64,000 bases of DNA from Squalus acanthias (Eukaryota). Positions 61,828 to 64,000 of this stretch are shown here, piece by piece (position 1 is the stretch's first letter; each line of letters starts with the position of its first letter). Below the pieces are notes generated by a model, which saw only the letters and a program-made list of their open reading frames with translations, had not been told where the DNA came from and made no database searches. Where the stretch lies: contig CM059428.1 in NCBI GenBank assembly GCA_030390025.1, positions 36,580,001-36,644,000 of the forward strand, given 5' to 3'. Both the position numbers and the translations under genes were made by a program.

Positions 61828-62295
61828 AGTGTCAGCCAAGACTGAGTGGTAGCACTCTCGCCTCTGAGTCTGATGTTTGTGGGTTCAAGTCCCAATCCAG
61901 AGACTTGATCAGAAAATCTAGGCTGACATACGGGGAGTGCTGCACTTTCGAATGAGACATTAAACTAAGGCCCCGTCTGTCCTCTCAATGGGATGTGAAA
62001 GATCCCATGGTATTATTTTGAAGAACAGCAGGGGAGTTTTCCCCAGTGTCATGGCCAACATTTATCCCTCCACCAACATCACTAAAAAAGACTATCTGAT
62101 CATTATTTCATTGCTGTTTGTGGGACCTTGCTGTGGGCAAGTTGGCTATTGTGCTTGCTACATTGCAACAGTGACTACACTTCAAAAGTACTTCATTGGC
62201 TGTAAAGTGCTTTTGAACGTCCTGAGGTTGTGAAAGGCGCTATATAAATGCAAGTCTTATCTTTCTTCTTTTCTTTCTTTGTTTCTCTCTTTCTT
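61828..62295 (+). mobile_element. Deu-domain SINE
   Basis: Same family as 4855; (CTTT)n tail. Confidence 0.8.
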
Positions 62296-62604
62296 TCTGT
62301 CAAAGAGCTAATGGGTAATATGTTAATAGTCCAATCATGCCTCAAGATACCCAAAGACATTTATTGCTTGAAAATTACATTGGAAATTATGACTGATTGT
62401 GCCAGGCAGGGATGAGTCTACATGCCTCAGGTAGGAGATTTAATTCCATTTAAGCCAAACTAGCCATAACACAAGCAACTCCAAGCGAGGCCCTACAGGT
62501 ATGGGAAGAGAGCAGCGGCCTCCCTGAAGGGAGCAATTAGGATGCGAGGGAATGCACTGCACAAATGCGTCCGTTGATTTTCTGTTTTATTTTGGAGGCA
62601 ACGC

Positions 62605-63350
62605 AACAGCAACAACAACAACAACTTGCATTTATATAACGTCTTTAAAATAGTAAAACATCCCAAGGCGCTTCACAGGAGCGTTATCAAACAAATTTGA
62701 CACCGAGCCACATAAGGAGATATTAGGACAGGTGAGTGGTAGGCTTAAAGGAGCAACAAAGGAGGAGAGAGAGGTAGAGAAGTGAAGAGGTTTAGGGAGG
62801 GAATTCCAGAGCTTCGGGCCTACACGGCTGAAGGCATGGCCGCCAATGGTGGAGCGATGAAAATCATGGCTGATCATCCAAATCCAATACCCTGTCCCTG
62901 CTTTAATCCCCACAGTACACATATCCCACCCTACCCCCGTAACCCCACGTATTTTAATTCCCCCTAACATATCCCATCCTATCCCCATAACCCCACATAT
63001 TTAATCCCCCCTAACACTAAGGGTCAATTTATCATAGCCAAATCAACCTAACCCACACATTTTTGGACTGTGGGAGGAAACCGGAGCACCCGGAGGAAAC
63101 CCACGCAGACACGGGGAGAATGTGCAAACTCCACACAGACAGTCACCCGAGGTCAGATTCGAACCCGGGTCTCTGGCGCTGTGAGGCACCAGTGCTAACC
63201 ACTATGCCACCGGTTGTAGGGCTGGAGGAGGCAATGGAGATAGGGAGGGGTGAGGCCATGGAGGGATTTGAACACAAGGATTTTAAAATGAAGGCTTTAC
63301 TTGATTGGGAGCCAATGTAGGTCAGGGAGCACAGTGGGGATGGGTGAGCA
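62605..63350 (-). mobile_element. L2 3' fragment interrupted by a V-SINE
   Basis: (CAA)n tail at 62605; L2 resumes at GTTGTAGGGCTGGAGGAGG (63213). Confidence 0.82.
62866..63212 (-). mobile_element. V-SINE (HE1/DANA-like) tRNA-derived SINE
   Basis: Minus strand GGTGGCATAGTGGTTAGCAC...GGGTTCGAATC...TGTGTGGAGTTTGCACATTCTCCCCGTGTCTGCGTGGGTTTCCTCCGGGTGCTCCGGTTTCCTCCCACA (V-domain resemblance). Confidence 0.82.
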
Positions 63351-64000
63351 CCATAACCGTGTATCTCCGGCTCTCCTCAGGTGGAGAATGTCTCAGAGAC
63401 TTTTCCAGAAAAGCGGTTACCAAGCAAGAGAGAAAAGGGAGTGAAACACAGAGGCAGGGGAGGGGTGGGTGTAGCTTTTGAGTTGACAGTAAGTTCTTAA
63501 ATTGTATTTCTTCGCCTCCACCACCAGTAAATGTTTTTCTGATGGTGACTCATGCAGCAGTATGATCTCATAGGTGTCAGCAACAATCATATAGGAGACT
63601 CGACTGTGAGTGCTGACCAGTTATTCAACTGCAAGAGGCAATGCAATATGTCTCATTTGATGTCCATACGTGCAGCTTATAGCAGAGGTCACTTGCTAAC
63701 AGTCAGAGGCAGGTACCCTGGCGGAATGCTCCTCTCCCTAAACCAGGAACACCGAAGTCAATTTAAATTTCAGCTCCATGTATGTATAATCAGTTGCAGA
63801 TGCAACAGATGTTAAAAGTCACACTAACCCCAAATTTCACCACATTATCATTGGAGTACCAGTACCACAGTAGTGGGATTCAGCAAGGAGAAAATGAGAG
63901 CAAGATGTATTGATTGCATCTGCAAAGGTCTCTCTGTTTCATGTCTTGAGAGCATCTTTGAATTAGAAACTTCACAATTAGCCAGTTAAACAGCTGGTGG

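Overview
Eukaryotic DNA made almost entirely of transposable elements, with no host gene I can confidently call, so it is intergenic or deep intronic. The repeat mix (tRNA-derived Deu-domain SINE, V-SINE/HE1-like SINE, CR1, L2, Penelope-like remnants) points to a cartilaginous fish; this is inferred from family resemblance only. PIF/Harbinger DNA transposons dominate: one nearly intact 4.1-kb two-gene element (DDE transposase plus a convergent, spliced Myb/SANT gene), two decayed ones, two carrying only the Myb/SANT gene, and several MITEs. Three hAT-type MITE families are also present. Most notable: (i) repeated insertion at identical nucleotides inside other repeats, including a double MITE with a triplicated 8-bp TSD in L2 and two Harbingers at the same site of one hAT MITE family; (ii) minimal hammerhead-ribozyme-like motifs in Penelope-like remnants; (iii) a local inverted duplication fused to a SINE/L2 3' tail. 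All coordinates were read by eye; ends of decayed repeats are approximate.
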